A stretch of DNA of 64,000 bases, taken from contig NC_133617.1 in assembly GCF_048593235.1 (NCBI RefSeq), forward strand, positions 705,974,958 to 706,038,957, read 5' to 3'. Source of the DNA: Sminthopsis crassicaudata. Its lineage: Eukaryota. Below the pieces are notes generated by a model. The model had not been told where the DNA came from. It made no database searches and was given only the letters and a program-made list of their open reading frames with translations. The position numbers and the translations under genes are program-made. Below, piece by piece: positions 1-11,530 of the stretch (positions are counted from its first letter, which is position 1; each line of letters starts with the position of its first letter).

Positions 1-7
1 ACCTCAC

Positions 8-3000
8 CTCCACAGGCTTCCTACGCAAGATGAAGAAGTTCTCTGCTCTCATCATCATGAATCGCATAAATTTGTGGCAAAGGATCTTCTCAATCTCATC
101 AGCCTGCAGAGAACAATTACAAAGGAAAAAAACAAAAACAAACAAAAAAAAAACAGGTTTCCACAAGCCAGCACAATAGGACAAAATGAACACGTACAAT
201 GGTCTGGTCTTCAATCTCTCACACTCAACCCCATAGTGCTACCATATAACAGCTGTCCATTCTGAAGCTGCTGTTCTGCAATGTCTCTAAACCCAAGTTT
301 TTGGAAACCAAAAGGAAAGAAACTAATCTTCAAGAATAAGGAGAATTTCACAACAGCATTTTCATTCTTTTGTTTGCTTGCATTTTATTTTCCTTCTTTC
401 CCCCTTTTGATCTGATTTTTCTTGTGCAGCAAGATTATTGTATTAATATGTATACATATATTGGTTTCACATATATTTTAACATGTTTAACATATTTTGG
501 ATTACTTGCCACCTAGAGGAGAGGATGGGGGGAAGGAGGAAGAAATTTGGAACACAAGGTTTTGTAAGGGTCAATGGTGAAAAATTATCCATGCATATAT
601 TTTGAAAATAAAAAGCTATAATTTTAAAAAAATTGAGTATTAAGTATATTAGGGAAGGTCCTCCACAATTTAAAAATATTACATGAACACAGGATATTTC
701 CAAGCCTGGAGTTAATGAATATGTTCTAATATTTTTCATATCTGTATTTTGATGTCATTGCTTTCTATTGTAATTTTCTAGAATTTGTACATTTAAACAG
801 CACTGTATTAAGAAGGGGTCCAGGAGCTTCACTAGACTGTGCAAGGGGTCCCTGATGCAAAAAGTTAATTAACATGACCCATTTCCTTTCCTGGAAACTA
901 GTTCTACGTCATTCCTCCAGATGAAATAAACAGTTTTTGTTCAGTGATTTCAGTCATGTCAAACACTTTGTGACCCCATTTATGATTTTCTTAATAAGAA
1001 AGCTTAATTGTTGTGCTATTTTCTTTTCCAGTTTTTACAGATGAAGGACTAAGGCAAAGCGGGTTAAGTGATCGCCCAGGGTCACAGCGATTAAGCGTCT
1101 GAGACCAGACTTGAACTCAAGAGGAAGGACCTTCTTGACTCAAAGTCCAGTGTTTAATACACTGCACACTTCATAATCTTCTCTCAAAAGTCAAAAGGCT
1201 TGGCCCAGAAAACAGGAAAAAAAGCTGGACTCATCTTGTCAGTTTACACCCTGCTGCTGAATTTGGGTTCATTTGAAATTAACACATACTTGCATTATTT
1301 TGTTTGCAAACTACATTCAATTACTGGTCTCACAAGAACACTTCGAAGTACGTAGTGTATCATGCTCACTGAGGCTCACAGAAACAGAACCTTTGTCATG
1401 TGCCTGGGCCTACAAAGCTCTGAGTCAGGACAGGCAGCTCTGACTTACTACTGAGCTTCTGTCTAGCAGAGCCTGCAAAAAGTAACAACCTGGAGTAGAA
1501 ACAAGCGAATGTTGTACCCAGCAACAAGATCATGTGATGATGTGATACTTGGCGCTTTTTAACAATGAGATGGTTCAAGCCAATTCCAATAGACTCATGA
1601 TGAGAGAGCCACCTGCACTCAAAAGGGACCGAATGTGGATCACAACACAGCATTTCTACCTTTTTTGTTGTTTTTTTTCCCCTCATTTTTTCCCTTTTTG
1701 ATCCGATTTTCCTTGTGCAGCATTATAAATGTAGAAATGTGTTTAGAAGAATGGCACATGTTTAACGTATACTGGATCACTTGCTGTCTAGGGGAGGGGG
1801 GAGAGGAAAGGAAGGGAGGGAGAACAATTTGGAACACAAGGTTTTGCAGGGGTGAATGTCGAAAATTACTTTGTATTTTGTGAATAAAGAAAAATTTAAA
1901 ACCATCAAAAAGAAAGGTGGGGAGGAGTAACAAATTGAAAAGATATGTTACTCATTTCACCATAGAATCTATTCTGTCTCCATACTGATTACTCTCCTAC
2001 AGCAGTTAGGTCGCAGAATGTTTCATTTCCTAAGCCTTTTTCTCAACAGTCTCTCAAATTTCAAGGTCACCAACGCCGACTTTCTGACCCCAGTCTAGTT
2101 TTCAGCGGTGTTACCTGTTTGACAGCAATGCTGACTCGAACAGAATTGATGGAACCCTCAATCAGAACCTTTTCCTTCTCATTCCTGCTGATGGTCACAG
2201 GCTGCAAGAGGAGTTCTTTGCTACTCCTAGGAATGGAATGTCAAAGATTCCCCTGTCACCCAAGGGCCAGCATGGTCCGGAAAACCCTGCCGGGGCCTAG
2301 ACTCTCCAACTAAGATAAAGAACGAGGTGGCGCTCACAGTGGAACCAACCCCACAGGGGCCTCAAAACAGGAACCGAGGAGATCACCCTAACAAGTAGAT
2401 TCGGGGAGGAGGACTAAGCTCGAAACCCCCCGGAATGACTCGGGGCTGCTGTCACTCACTCTGCCTCCCCAGGACTGAGGACAAAGAGGAAGTGACAACT
2501 GGAGAGCTACAAAAGGCGGGGCTGTCCCACCAGGGCCCCCCTCCCCCCGCTCCTACCTGACTTCTACCTCCGGCTTGTTGTGCCTCTCCACCACTTGGGA
2601 GGAGAAGTTCTCCAGGCAGAGCGCAGCCTGCAGCGTGGCCCGCACGGCGCTCAGGTAGGGGCGGAGAGTGGCGGTCTGCAAGGAAGACACCGGACTGTGG
2701 AGCGGCGGCGGGGCCCGGCTCCGGGGGGCAGCCCCTCCCGCCCCCCCCACAAGTCACTTCCTAGAGCTGAAAGTTACCGGAGAGCTTTTACCGATGCCGG
2801 GGGTGGGGGGCGCTAAGGCGGAGGCGAACGACCCGGCCGGGGTCACTGGGACAAGCAGGGCTGGGGCGCCCGCCCTCTGGTTTGGAACTGCCTCACTTCC
2901 CCCCTCCGTCCCGGGCTCTCAGTGCTCGCTCCCGGCTGCCCCCGAGATCTCTCCAACATCCGCCCTCCGAGCCTTTGCCCCTCCACCTCCCCGTGCATCC

Positions 3001-3297
3001 GCCCCAGCTCCCCTCCCTTCCCCGAGCCCCCGGTTTTGTGCTTCCCCCCATTCCCTCCCCTCATCCTCTCCGGCGCTTCTGCCAAGTCCCCCATCCGCTC
3101 TCCGCGACCTGGCTCCTGCAGCTCTCCCGGACCCCCTCAGCCCTCCCCGGGCTCCTCCCCGGTGGAGCTGCCCGGTCTCCCCAACGACCCCCGGGCCTCC
3201 TCAGCCGCCGGGGCACCTCAACTCCCCCTCTGCCGCGAGGCTGCCTCCCTCTCCATCCCCCCGGGGGCCCCCGGCGGACGCCCCCAGCCCTCACCAT
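8..3297 (-). CDS. ARPC4: Actin-related protein 2/3 complex subunit 4 (p20-Arc), 5' part; gene continues off the left edge
   Basis: Coding exons: ATG-only exon 3295-3297 (donor GTGAGG), 2557-2675, 2115-2226, 8-103, all with GT/AG and consistent phase. Translation [110 protein letters not shown] matches ARPC4. Confidence 0.97.
347..630 (+). mobile_element. L1 3'-end fragment (marsupial/dasyurid type) in ARPC4 intron 3
   Basis: Purine-rich 3'UTR motif GGAACACAAGGTTTTG...CCATGCATATATTTTGAAAATAAAAAG followed by an A-rich tail. A related copy lies at ~1505-1915. Confidence 0.7.
935..1170 (-). mobile_element. MAR1-like CORE-SINE
   Basis: RTE-like tail (GTTCAGTGATTTCAGTCATGTC...GTGACCCCATTT) joined to the CORE (TTTTACAGATGA...GTTAAGTGA..GCCCAGGGTCACA) and a tRNA-like head on the minus strand. 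Confidence 0.65.
1505..1915 (+). mobile_element. L1 3'-end fragment (marsupial/dasyurid type)
   Basis: Same 3'UTR motifs as 347-630 (GGATCACAACACAGCATT..., GGAACACAAGGTTTTGCAGGG), with AATAAA and an A-rich end. Confidence 0.7.
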
Positions 3298-4600
3298 TGC
3301 TGGAGCTGGCTAGGCCGGAAAGCGGAAGTGCAGAAGTGCACTGGCTTCAGGGCGCCGTCTCTTCCGGGAGCCGGGCCTGGGAGCTACCATCGCCGCTCCG
3401 AGGGGAGGGGCGGCTGCAGCAAAGCAGCGACAGTTTTTTTCTTCCGCCTCCCCCTCACAGCATGCAGGAGCCGCCTATCTCCGAGTTTTTCGCGGTTCTT
3501 CAAGGCCCGACATCCTGGTGGAGCTCTGCTGCGCCCATTCCTCTCTGCCATCCCTGCTCCTCCGCCTGCCTCCCCCTCCCTTCGCTAGAAAGTGCAGCCC
3601 AGCTCCCCGTTCTGGATCCATATTAGGACAGGGCCAGACACACGATCGCCCCGCCTCTTCCGGTTCTGACCCCGCCCGCCCGCGGTCTGTTACTGCCCAG
3701 GCCTCTGCTTCCGAGGCTCCCCTGCCTCACCCCAGAGTGGGCCCGGCCCCTTTGCACCACCCACCCCCGGGCCGCAGTGGGCGGCTCCGCCAGTCCCAGC
3801 GGGACCAGCGGTTACCTGCTCTCGTGACCCCGACCCCCCACCGCGAGCGACCGAGGCCGGCCGAGCGCGCGCCTCGTGGATCCGGATAGAGCTCGGGCTG
3901 TGAAGGTGGAGGCGGGACCGGGGCGTGGGGAGCGGGCGAAGTCAGGGGAGTGAGGAGGGGCGGGGGACGTGGGAGCGAGGGGGCCATGGGGAGGGGAGCT
4001 ACTCGTGGAACTGGGGGGGCGTGGACGGGAGGGGTCGTGGGGCTGACGGCGGACAACTCCACGGGGAGTGGGGGGCGTGAGGCTGGGGGGGACAACTCCG
4101 CTGGAAACGGGGGCCTGGGGCTGGGGGGGGACCACAGTGGGGAATGGGGGCCTGGGGCTGGGGCGGGACCACAGTGGGGAATGGGGGCCTGGGGCTGGGG
4201 CGGGACCACAGTGGGGAATGGGGGCCTGGGGCTGGGGCGGGACCACAGTGGGGAATGGGGGCCTGGGGCTGGGGCGGGACCACGAGTGGGGAATGGGGGC
4301 GTGGAGGGGAGGGGCTTGGAGAAAGGTAGGGAGCCCCTGAGAGTGGGAGAGGACTCCTGAGGGGGGGAGCACTTCGTGGCACCCCCAGTAAGGCGCTGGG
4401 CTTGGCAGGTTTAGGGGAGCAGGTCTTTGGCAAAGGTCACGGTCATGGTCAGAGGAAGGGAAGAGAGGTCGGACTCGGTCCTCCTTCCTTCTGGAGCCTC
4501 CTTCCCCGGGCCTTTGAATCCTTTACAAAGGAAGGAAGCTGGCCCAGAGCCTCCGGGCCGGCGCCACCTGGTTCCCGGCCAGCCCTGGGTGTTGAGCAGT
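2500..4600. promoter_or_regulatory. CpG island / bidirectional promoter of ARPC4 (-) and TADA3 (+)
   Basis: Very GC- and CpG-rich. ETS-type motifs CCGGAA/GCGGAAGTG at ~3315-3330, just upstream of the ARPC4 ATG exon, and CTTCCGG at ~3658. The genes are head-to-head. Boundaries are approximate. Confidence 0.8.
4109..4294. repeat. 37-bp G-rich minisatellite, 5 copies
   Basis: Unit GGGGGCCTGGGGCTGGGGCGGGACCACAGTGGGGAAT starts at 4109, 4146, 4183, 4220 and 4257. The middle three copies are identical. Confidence 0.95.
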
Positions 4601-5845
4601 TACCACTCCCGGTGTGCTGGGCCCCAGCCCAGATGGCCAGAAAGGAGGGCCCTGCCCTGGAGGAGCTTGCACTCTATGGGGGAGCCGTCTGGCTTGGGAG
4701 AGCCCACGCAGGGTGCAGCCCGGCCTGGCGGGGAGACTGAAAGCCAGGGCTCCGACTGGCCAGGCCAGGAAGGGAAGTCTAGGAGGGGTCCCAGGAGGCG
4801 GCTCCTGCTCCCCAGGTGCTTCTCGTTGGGAAGTGATGGGCCCAGGATTCCCAGGGAGGGAGCGGCTCCAGAAGCTCCTGGTTTGAATGCTGGGCCCAAG
4901 GTGGGCAGCGGGGCAGGCAGGTGGTCCTTGGATGCCTTCTATAGGCTCAGATGGGCTGGATGTGCTTGGCTAGTCCCCGGCCAGGCAGAAGCATTCTCTG
5001 AGGGGCCTCCGGGGCTCTGACTTGAGGGTCATTTCTCGGTGATAGCGGCTCCCATGAGCTCAGCTTTTATCTCTCACCTCCTGCAAAAAACTTTCCTGAT
5101 TTTCCCAGATTGGGATGGTTCCTGTCCCCAAATTCCTTTGCGTTTATGTGTATTTTGGGTACTTACCTGTGTACGTAGTGTTTCTCCTTAGGAGGATGCA
5201 GTTGACTCCCCAGCCTCAAAGGGAAGGGCAGCATGGCCTAGTGCATGGAGTCAGACAGATCCAAGTTCCTTAGATAATAGTTGTGTGATCCCAGACAATT
5301 CACTGAACTCTTAGTTTTCTCCAAAAAATGGAGGGGGAGGGGATCAACTTCCTTGTCACTCAAGGTTCTTTCTCACTCAGAGTCTGTGATCTGACATCCA
5401 GCTCTCCTCTTTCCTAGATGAGCCCTGTCTGACCACGTCTCCGAGATGTCCTATAGCCACCTCCAGCTCAGCACACTGTATTAGCTTTCTCCTTACACCT
5501 GTCCCTCCTCCCTAATTTTGCTGAGGTTCTATTCTCTAGGCCAGGCTGCCTCTCCCTGGTTTGGGGGAGTGGGCTACTTCCTTCTAAGGGGAAATACTTA
5601 CATAGATAAGCGAGTACAAAACCCTCACCCTCCTTCCGGCCTTCCAGCTTCAAAACCTTGGGCTCTCACAGCTCGTATTCTAGTTGCTAAGCCTTGGCAG
5701 TCCCACTTCTATCACATTTCTCAAACCTGTCCTCCCGGAGTTACTCACACCCCCTTTGCCGAATGAAGGAAACTTCTGTGGCTCTTTGTCGTCTCTACAA
5801 TAAAAGACTAGTCCTTAAAATTTGGCATTTAAATTCCTCCATGTA

Positions 5846-5995
5846 GGGCAGCTAAATGGTGCAGTGGATAGAGTATCCCTCCTAAAGTCAGAAGGACCTG
5901 AGTTCAAATCCAGCCTGAGATACCTCTGATACTTTTTAGCTATGTGACCCTAGGCAAATCACTTAATCCCAATTGCTTCATACACACAAAAAAAG
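5846..5995 (+). mobile_element. WSINE1-like CORE-SINE in the TADA3 5' intron
   Basis: GGGCAGCTAAATGGTGCAGTGGATAGAG head (A-box), GAGTTCAAATCC (B-box), CORE TGTGACCCTAGGCAAATCACTTAA and an A-rich tail. Confidence 0.75.
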
Positions 5996-6772
5996 TTCTC
6001 TATATTATGACTTCAGGTTCATTCTTCTTTCTCTAGAACTCTGCTTCCCAGCCAGACTAGTCTTACTTGCCCACACATTCTTCCCACTATTTGCCATTTT
6101 ATTTCAACATCTTTACATAGGCTGTCCCTGGGATCTTCAGGGTTCCTTTTAAATGTCAACTCCCACAATAACTGTGTGTCAATTTTCCCCAGTTATCATT
6201 CTGTCCCCTAAACTAATTCATACTTATTTTGTATGTTTTAGGACTTATTTGTACACGTGCATATGTGTAGATAGATAGATATGATTTCCCCTCAATAGCA
6301 TATAAATTCTTCAAGGGCAAGGATTATTTTCTCTTTTATCTTTGTATTTGTGGTACCTAGCACAGTGCCTGGCATGCAGTAGGTGCTCAATGAAGGCTTA
6401 TTGAATTGAATGAGAAACAAGAAGAATAAAAAGAAAAGAGAAGAGAAGGGAGAAGATTTGGGCTTATGGGAGGGGGCAATAACTTGTGAGGGAGGATGAA
6501 TAAAGACAAGAACTGGTGGGAGACATAGCTAGTGATCATAAAGGTAGGGGTAGAATTTGGGTCACCTTTGAAGAAAAGAGGCTGCCTCAAAGAGAGTAAT
6601 GACATTGGAAGTGGACAGAATTACTATTGACTTCTGACGTTCAGGCTACTGGCCCCGGCCCATCACCAGCCTTGAAGGCCTACCTCCCCAGAGGTCCTCC
6701 TGACCCATGTCACCTCCCAGTTCTTGTCAGTTGACTGTTTTCCTCTCCAGCCCTTTAGAGCCTACGAGGGCC

Positions 6773-9700
6773 ATGAGTGAGCTCAAGGACTGCCCGCTGC
6801 AGTTCCATGACTTCAAGTCGGTGGACCACTTGAAGGTATGCCCTCGCTACACAGCGGTGCTGGCCCGCTCGGAAGACGATGGCATCGGCATTGAGGAGCT
6901 TGATACCCTGCAGCTGGAGCTGGAGAACCTGCTTTCTTCAGCCAGCCGGCGTCTTCGGGTGCTGGAGGCCGAGACCCAGGTGACTCCTTCCTTTAACTCG
7001 TCCCTGCTCTGGTGCTAAGGTGGAAGGAGAGGAATGGGGTGCCGATTGGATAGTGAAGCCAAAGTAGGGAATCGACATTAGATCACCTGTGGGCTGAGCA
7101 GCCTTACTGTGCTAGGGCTGTGAGTACTCTGGGGAGTTCGGGGGAAAAACAAAGGAAGCTTCCTCACGTGGGAGGCAGGCAGGCTATATGTAAAAGAAAG
7201 TATAGGAACATAGTGACTGCAACGTGAATTGGTGGGAGCATTGGCCAGGGAAGGGCTTTGGCAGTATGGGATCACATATTGCCTAGGAAGGCTGTCTAGA
7301 GGAATATTTGAGTAATAGTTTCCATTTCTTGAGGGCTTATGTCACTAAGACTCCAGTTTTTCTTGGGATGAAAGTAACTCCATTGACTTCCTTTCCTCAG
7401 TAACTCACCATCTGTCTTTCAGATCCTGACTGACTGGCAGGATAAGAAGGGTGACCGACGATTCCTGAAGCTGGGCCGGGACCATGAACTGGGAGCTCCT
7501 GCGAAACATGGCAAACCCAAAAAGCAGAAGCTGGAAGGAAAGGCAGGTCACGGGCCTGGTCCTGGCCCTGGCCGGCCCAAGTCCAAGAACCTCCAGCCCA
7601 AGATCCAAGAATATGAATTCACAGATGACCCCATTGACGTGCCACGGATTCCCAAGAATGATGCTCCTAACAGGTGCAGGGCTGGGAGAAGTCAGGGGAA
7701 AGGGGTTATCAGGAATTGGGAGGGACTCCCTGGGGGCTTGATATCCTGGGGGCTGTCACTGTTCTCTGGGATAAGCATGTAGGATGGGACCAGCCATCTA
7801 GCAGGCACTTAATACAGTGGCTGATAATAGGCGAGGGGACTGTCTGTGCTCAGGGCCAGGCTCTGCTCCCAGGTTCTGGGCTTCCGTGGAGCCGTATTGT
7901 GCCGACATCACCAGTGAGGAAGTACGAACGCTGGAAGAGCTGCTGAAGCCCCCAGAAGATGAGGCTGAGCATTACAAGGTAGACCCTTCTCAGCACCGCC
8001 CCTTGTCTGACCCTGCTTTGGGCAGGGAGTGTCTTAGTCAGAGGCTCAGACCACCTCAAGCTCTGGTTCTGAAACATATTGAATAAGGAAGGAAAAACCA
8101 CTCCAAAGGTTCTTCGGTTTGACTGGTTCTTATACTATTGAGGTTCATTGCTTCCTTTTCCCATGCAGATCCCACCCCTGGGGAAGCACTACTCCCAACG
8201 CTGGGCCCAAGAGGATTTACTGGAAGAACAGAAGGATGGGGCCCGAGCAGCAGCAGTAGCTGACAAGAAGAAGGGCATCATGGGACCACTGACCGAACTG
8301 GACACTAAAGGTATTCTTCTAAGTCTCATCAGTTCTTTCTTCTCCTCATCCCTGTAAGACCAGGAGAAGTGTCTAAGCTGTGTCCAACAATCCCCTGCCC
8401 CCTTTACACTCTCTACCCCTCTCTGGTTCCAGATGTGGATGCGCTTCTTAAGAAATCAGAGGCGCAGCATGAGCAGCCTGAAGATGGGTGTCCCTTTGGC
8501 CCTCTGACTCAACGGCTCTTACAGGCTTTGGTGGAGGTGAGGGTCCAGGGACTTCCCCCGATGCCCTAGTGCAGGGGACATAGAAACCAGACTGAGACAG
8601 TCTGATAGGACTACCTGTGTGACCCTGGGCAAACCATTGTGGCTCTTAAGTTTCCTCACCTCTAAAATTAGGACCTCTCTGGTCCCTCACTACCAGATCT
8701 GCGGTCCTAAGAATTGGTCAGCATTGTGTGGAACCCTTTTTCATGGGATGTCAAAGGGCATGGACTGTCTTCTGAGAACTCATAGCCTGATGGGAGGAGA
8801 AGGGATACAGCTTAGACACCTAAGGAGAAACTTGAAAATTCAGTATCTTCAAGCCATATCTGGCTACCTTTTTCATTCATAACTGCTAGGGAAAGGGGTG
8901 TTTGCTGTAGTGACCAGAACCCTTGCTCTTAGTTGGGAAGGCTTCCTGGAGAAAGGTAGACAAGAGCAGGGCACCTCAGAGAGGCGCTGTGGTTTGTGGA
9001 AGTCTGGGAGGTACAGGGAAGATGAGTGGTGGGAGACCAACCTGAGCTTGAGACTAGAGTCCTTGCCCTTGTCTTGTTTTTATGATCTCTTAGGAAAACA
9101 TCATCTCCCCAATGGAAGATTCCCCTATCCCAGATGTGTCTGGCAAGGAGTCTGGAGCCGATGGTGCCAGTACCTCCCCTCGAAATCAGAACAAGCCATT
9201 CAGGTGAGCAGTGGTCCCTTCTCTGCCCGTCCTCCCCCCGTCCCTTCCCAGAATCTGATCCCACTTCTTTCTGAAGACCAGCTGACTCTTCAGATCTCTG
9301 GCTTTCTGTGGGGAGCAGAGAGTGGCAGAGGCTGCTGCTCAAATCAAGAAGCACTGCAGGGCTGGCCCTTTAATGGAGGGCAGCGTCATTTGTAAAGCTT
9401 AGGTAATTGTGACCATCTAACCCATCTGCAGTGTCCCCCATACGAAGTCTCTGGAGGGGCGAATCAAGGAGGAGCTGATAGCCCAGGGCCTGCTGGAGTC
9501 GGAGGACAGGCCTGCCGAGGACTCAGAGGACGAGGTCTTGGCTGAGCTGCGGAAGCGGCAGGCTGAATTGAAGGCACTCAGCGCCCACAACCGAACCAAG
9601 AAGCATGATCTCTTGAGGTGGGCATGAACACAGGAGGGTCAGTGGGAATTAGGTTACAGCTAGCCAGTTATCTCCCACCTCATTGGGTGGCCGTGTTACT

Positions 9701-11530
9701 CACCATCTGAAAGTGTCCCTCCTGGCAATGGAGTTGTCACTAAGGGAACATAAGCTGTTGTCATTGGGCCCCCTAAAGTTTTTCTGTGATGCTTCATTGT
9801 AGGGTGAAGGTGACCTTGAATTCTAAAAGTTTCTGCCATTAAAGCTTTGGTGGGTACCACAAAGTCGGAGACTTTGAAAGTCCGAAAGACTTTGAGCGGC
9901 AGGGTGTCATTTGGCTATCACTGATGAGGGGTTCCTCATCAGGGATTGGGTTCCAGGTGATGGAACTTGTTCATGGAGACTAAGAGTGTCTCAGATTTTT
10001 TACTTTGCATCCTCATCAGCGTGGAATCATCAATGTTTGGGGTATTTGGGGGCACTCACTGAGCTACATATTGGATGCTTTTAGGAGTCATGAACAGATG
10101 GGGCAGATGCATAATCAATCCAGTTTTATAGTAACTCCGGCAAGAACATCAGGGGATAATGTTGTGGGAGAAAATCCTGGAATGTTAGAGCTAGAAGGAT
10201 TTAGACATAATCTGGTCCAAACCATCATTTTAAAAAATGTTTTGTTAATTTCTTTTGTTGTTATATCACAGCCATTTCTGTATATACACCACTGTTCTCT
10301 GTTCAGTGACCTTCAAAGAAAAAAAAGTTTAGCAAAACTTAACATACAGCTTCACCTTACAGTATTTCAATCCTATTCATTTTGTTCCTTTTTTTATTGT
10401 AGTCAATAATTACAAATATTTCAAGACAGGGAAGAATAGGAAAGAGAATTGAGCAAGAAACTATGGCCTTCTACTGTGCACAATTTTTTAAAAACCATAT
10501 GAGCTTAATTCAGTATTAACAAATTGCTTTGTATCCCCTTTTGCATCTCCTCTCTCTTCCCTCTGTGCATCTCATGAAGTCCAAAGAGAGGTGGCCTGAC
10601 TGATGTCCATGGCTAATTAGCATCGAAGTCTGGGTCCTATTTGAATCACCTTTAGTTTATTAGAGAAGAAGTGAGCAGGTTCCAAGTTCTCAAGAGAAGA
10701 GACTGAGCCTTACCCACCTTTGGCATCCCCTGTGACAGCCAACAGGCCCATTGTGTAGCACATGGACAAAGAGTGCTTGCCTTTATGGGTATTTATGGTG
10801 TAAAGCAAGAAAACAAGGAAAATGGGATAAATCACAGTGCAAGAAGATGAGAACATATAACTTACAGTTTTCAGATCCCTCTGAAATAGCTGTTCTTTAG
10901 CTTGGGTCTGTGAACTTAGTGTTTATTTTAATATTTTAAAACTTTGAATATAATTGGTTTCCTTGGTGATCACATTTTGTGCTTTTAAAAACATTCTGAA
11001 AAGAGATCCACAGGTTTCACTTAACTGCCTCAATGACTGTTTCAAGATCAAACCCAAGCCTCTGGCCAGAATCTTGGGATGTTTTGGAATTGTGTTGTTT
11101 GGGAATCGGGCAGTTGAATAGAATTTTTTTTTTTTTTTTTTTAATAAAAGTTTTCTTGTTTCATTTTTTGAGTGGAATGGGGCTTGGAGACTCAGCTGTC
11201 CTAATTATAGAATGGATGGATTTGGTCCAGACTAGGAAGGCTTTTAGAAGATGCAGTTTGGTTGGGATGTTGAAGGAAAAGAGTTGGAGATGCTTCCTGA
11301 GCTAGGCAGGACTGAACATGTATGTTGGTCTTTGTAGGTTGGCCAAAGAGGAAGTGAATCGCCAGGAGCTGAGACAGCGGGTACGCATGGCAGACAACGA
11401 AGTCATGGATGCCTTCCGGAAGATCATGGCTGCCCGGCAGAAGAAGAGGACCCCGACCAAGAAGGAGAAGGACCAGGCCTGGAAGACGCTGAAGGAGCGG
11501 GAGAGCATCCTCAAACTTCTGGACGGATAG
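6773..11530 (+). CDS. TADA3: Transcriptional adapter 3 (SAGA/ATAC subunit), complete, 432 aa
   Basis: Exons 6773-6979, 7423-7673, 7873-7978, 8169-8310, 8433-8536, 9094-9203, 9432-9617, 11338-11530 total 1299 nt. All introns are GT-AG. The protein runs MSELKDCPLQFHDFKSVDHLK...ERESILKLLDG*. Confidence 0.98.

Noticed and set aside
4109-4294. Regularly spaced repeat as a possible CRISPR array
   Set aside because: It is a head-to-tail tandem repeat with no unique spacers, in mammalian DNA.
2668-5020. Many 100-300-aa ORFs around the ARPC4/TADA3 promoter, including repeat-like peptides over the VNTR
   Set aside because: GC-rich artefacts. The 37-nt unit is not a multiple of 3, so the peptide repeats simply cycle through frames.
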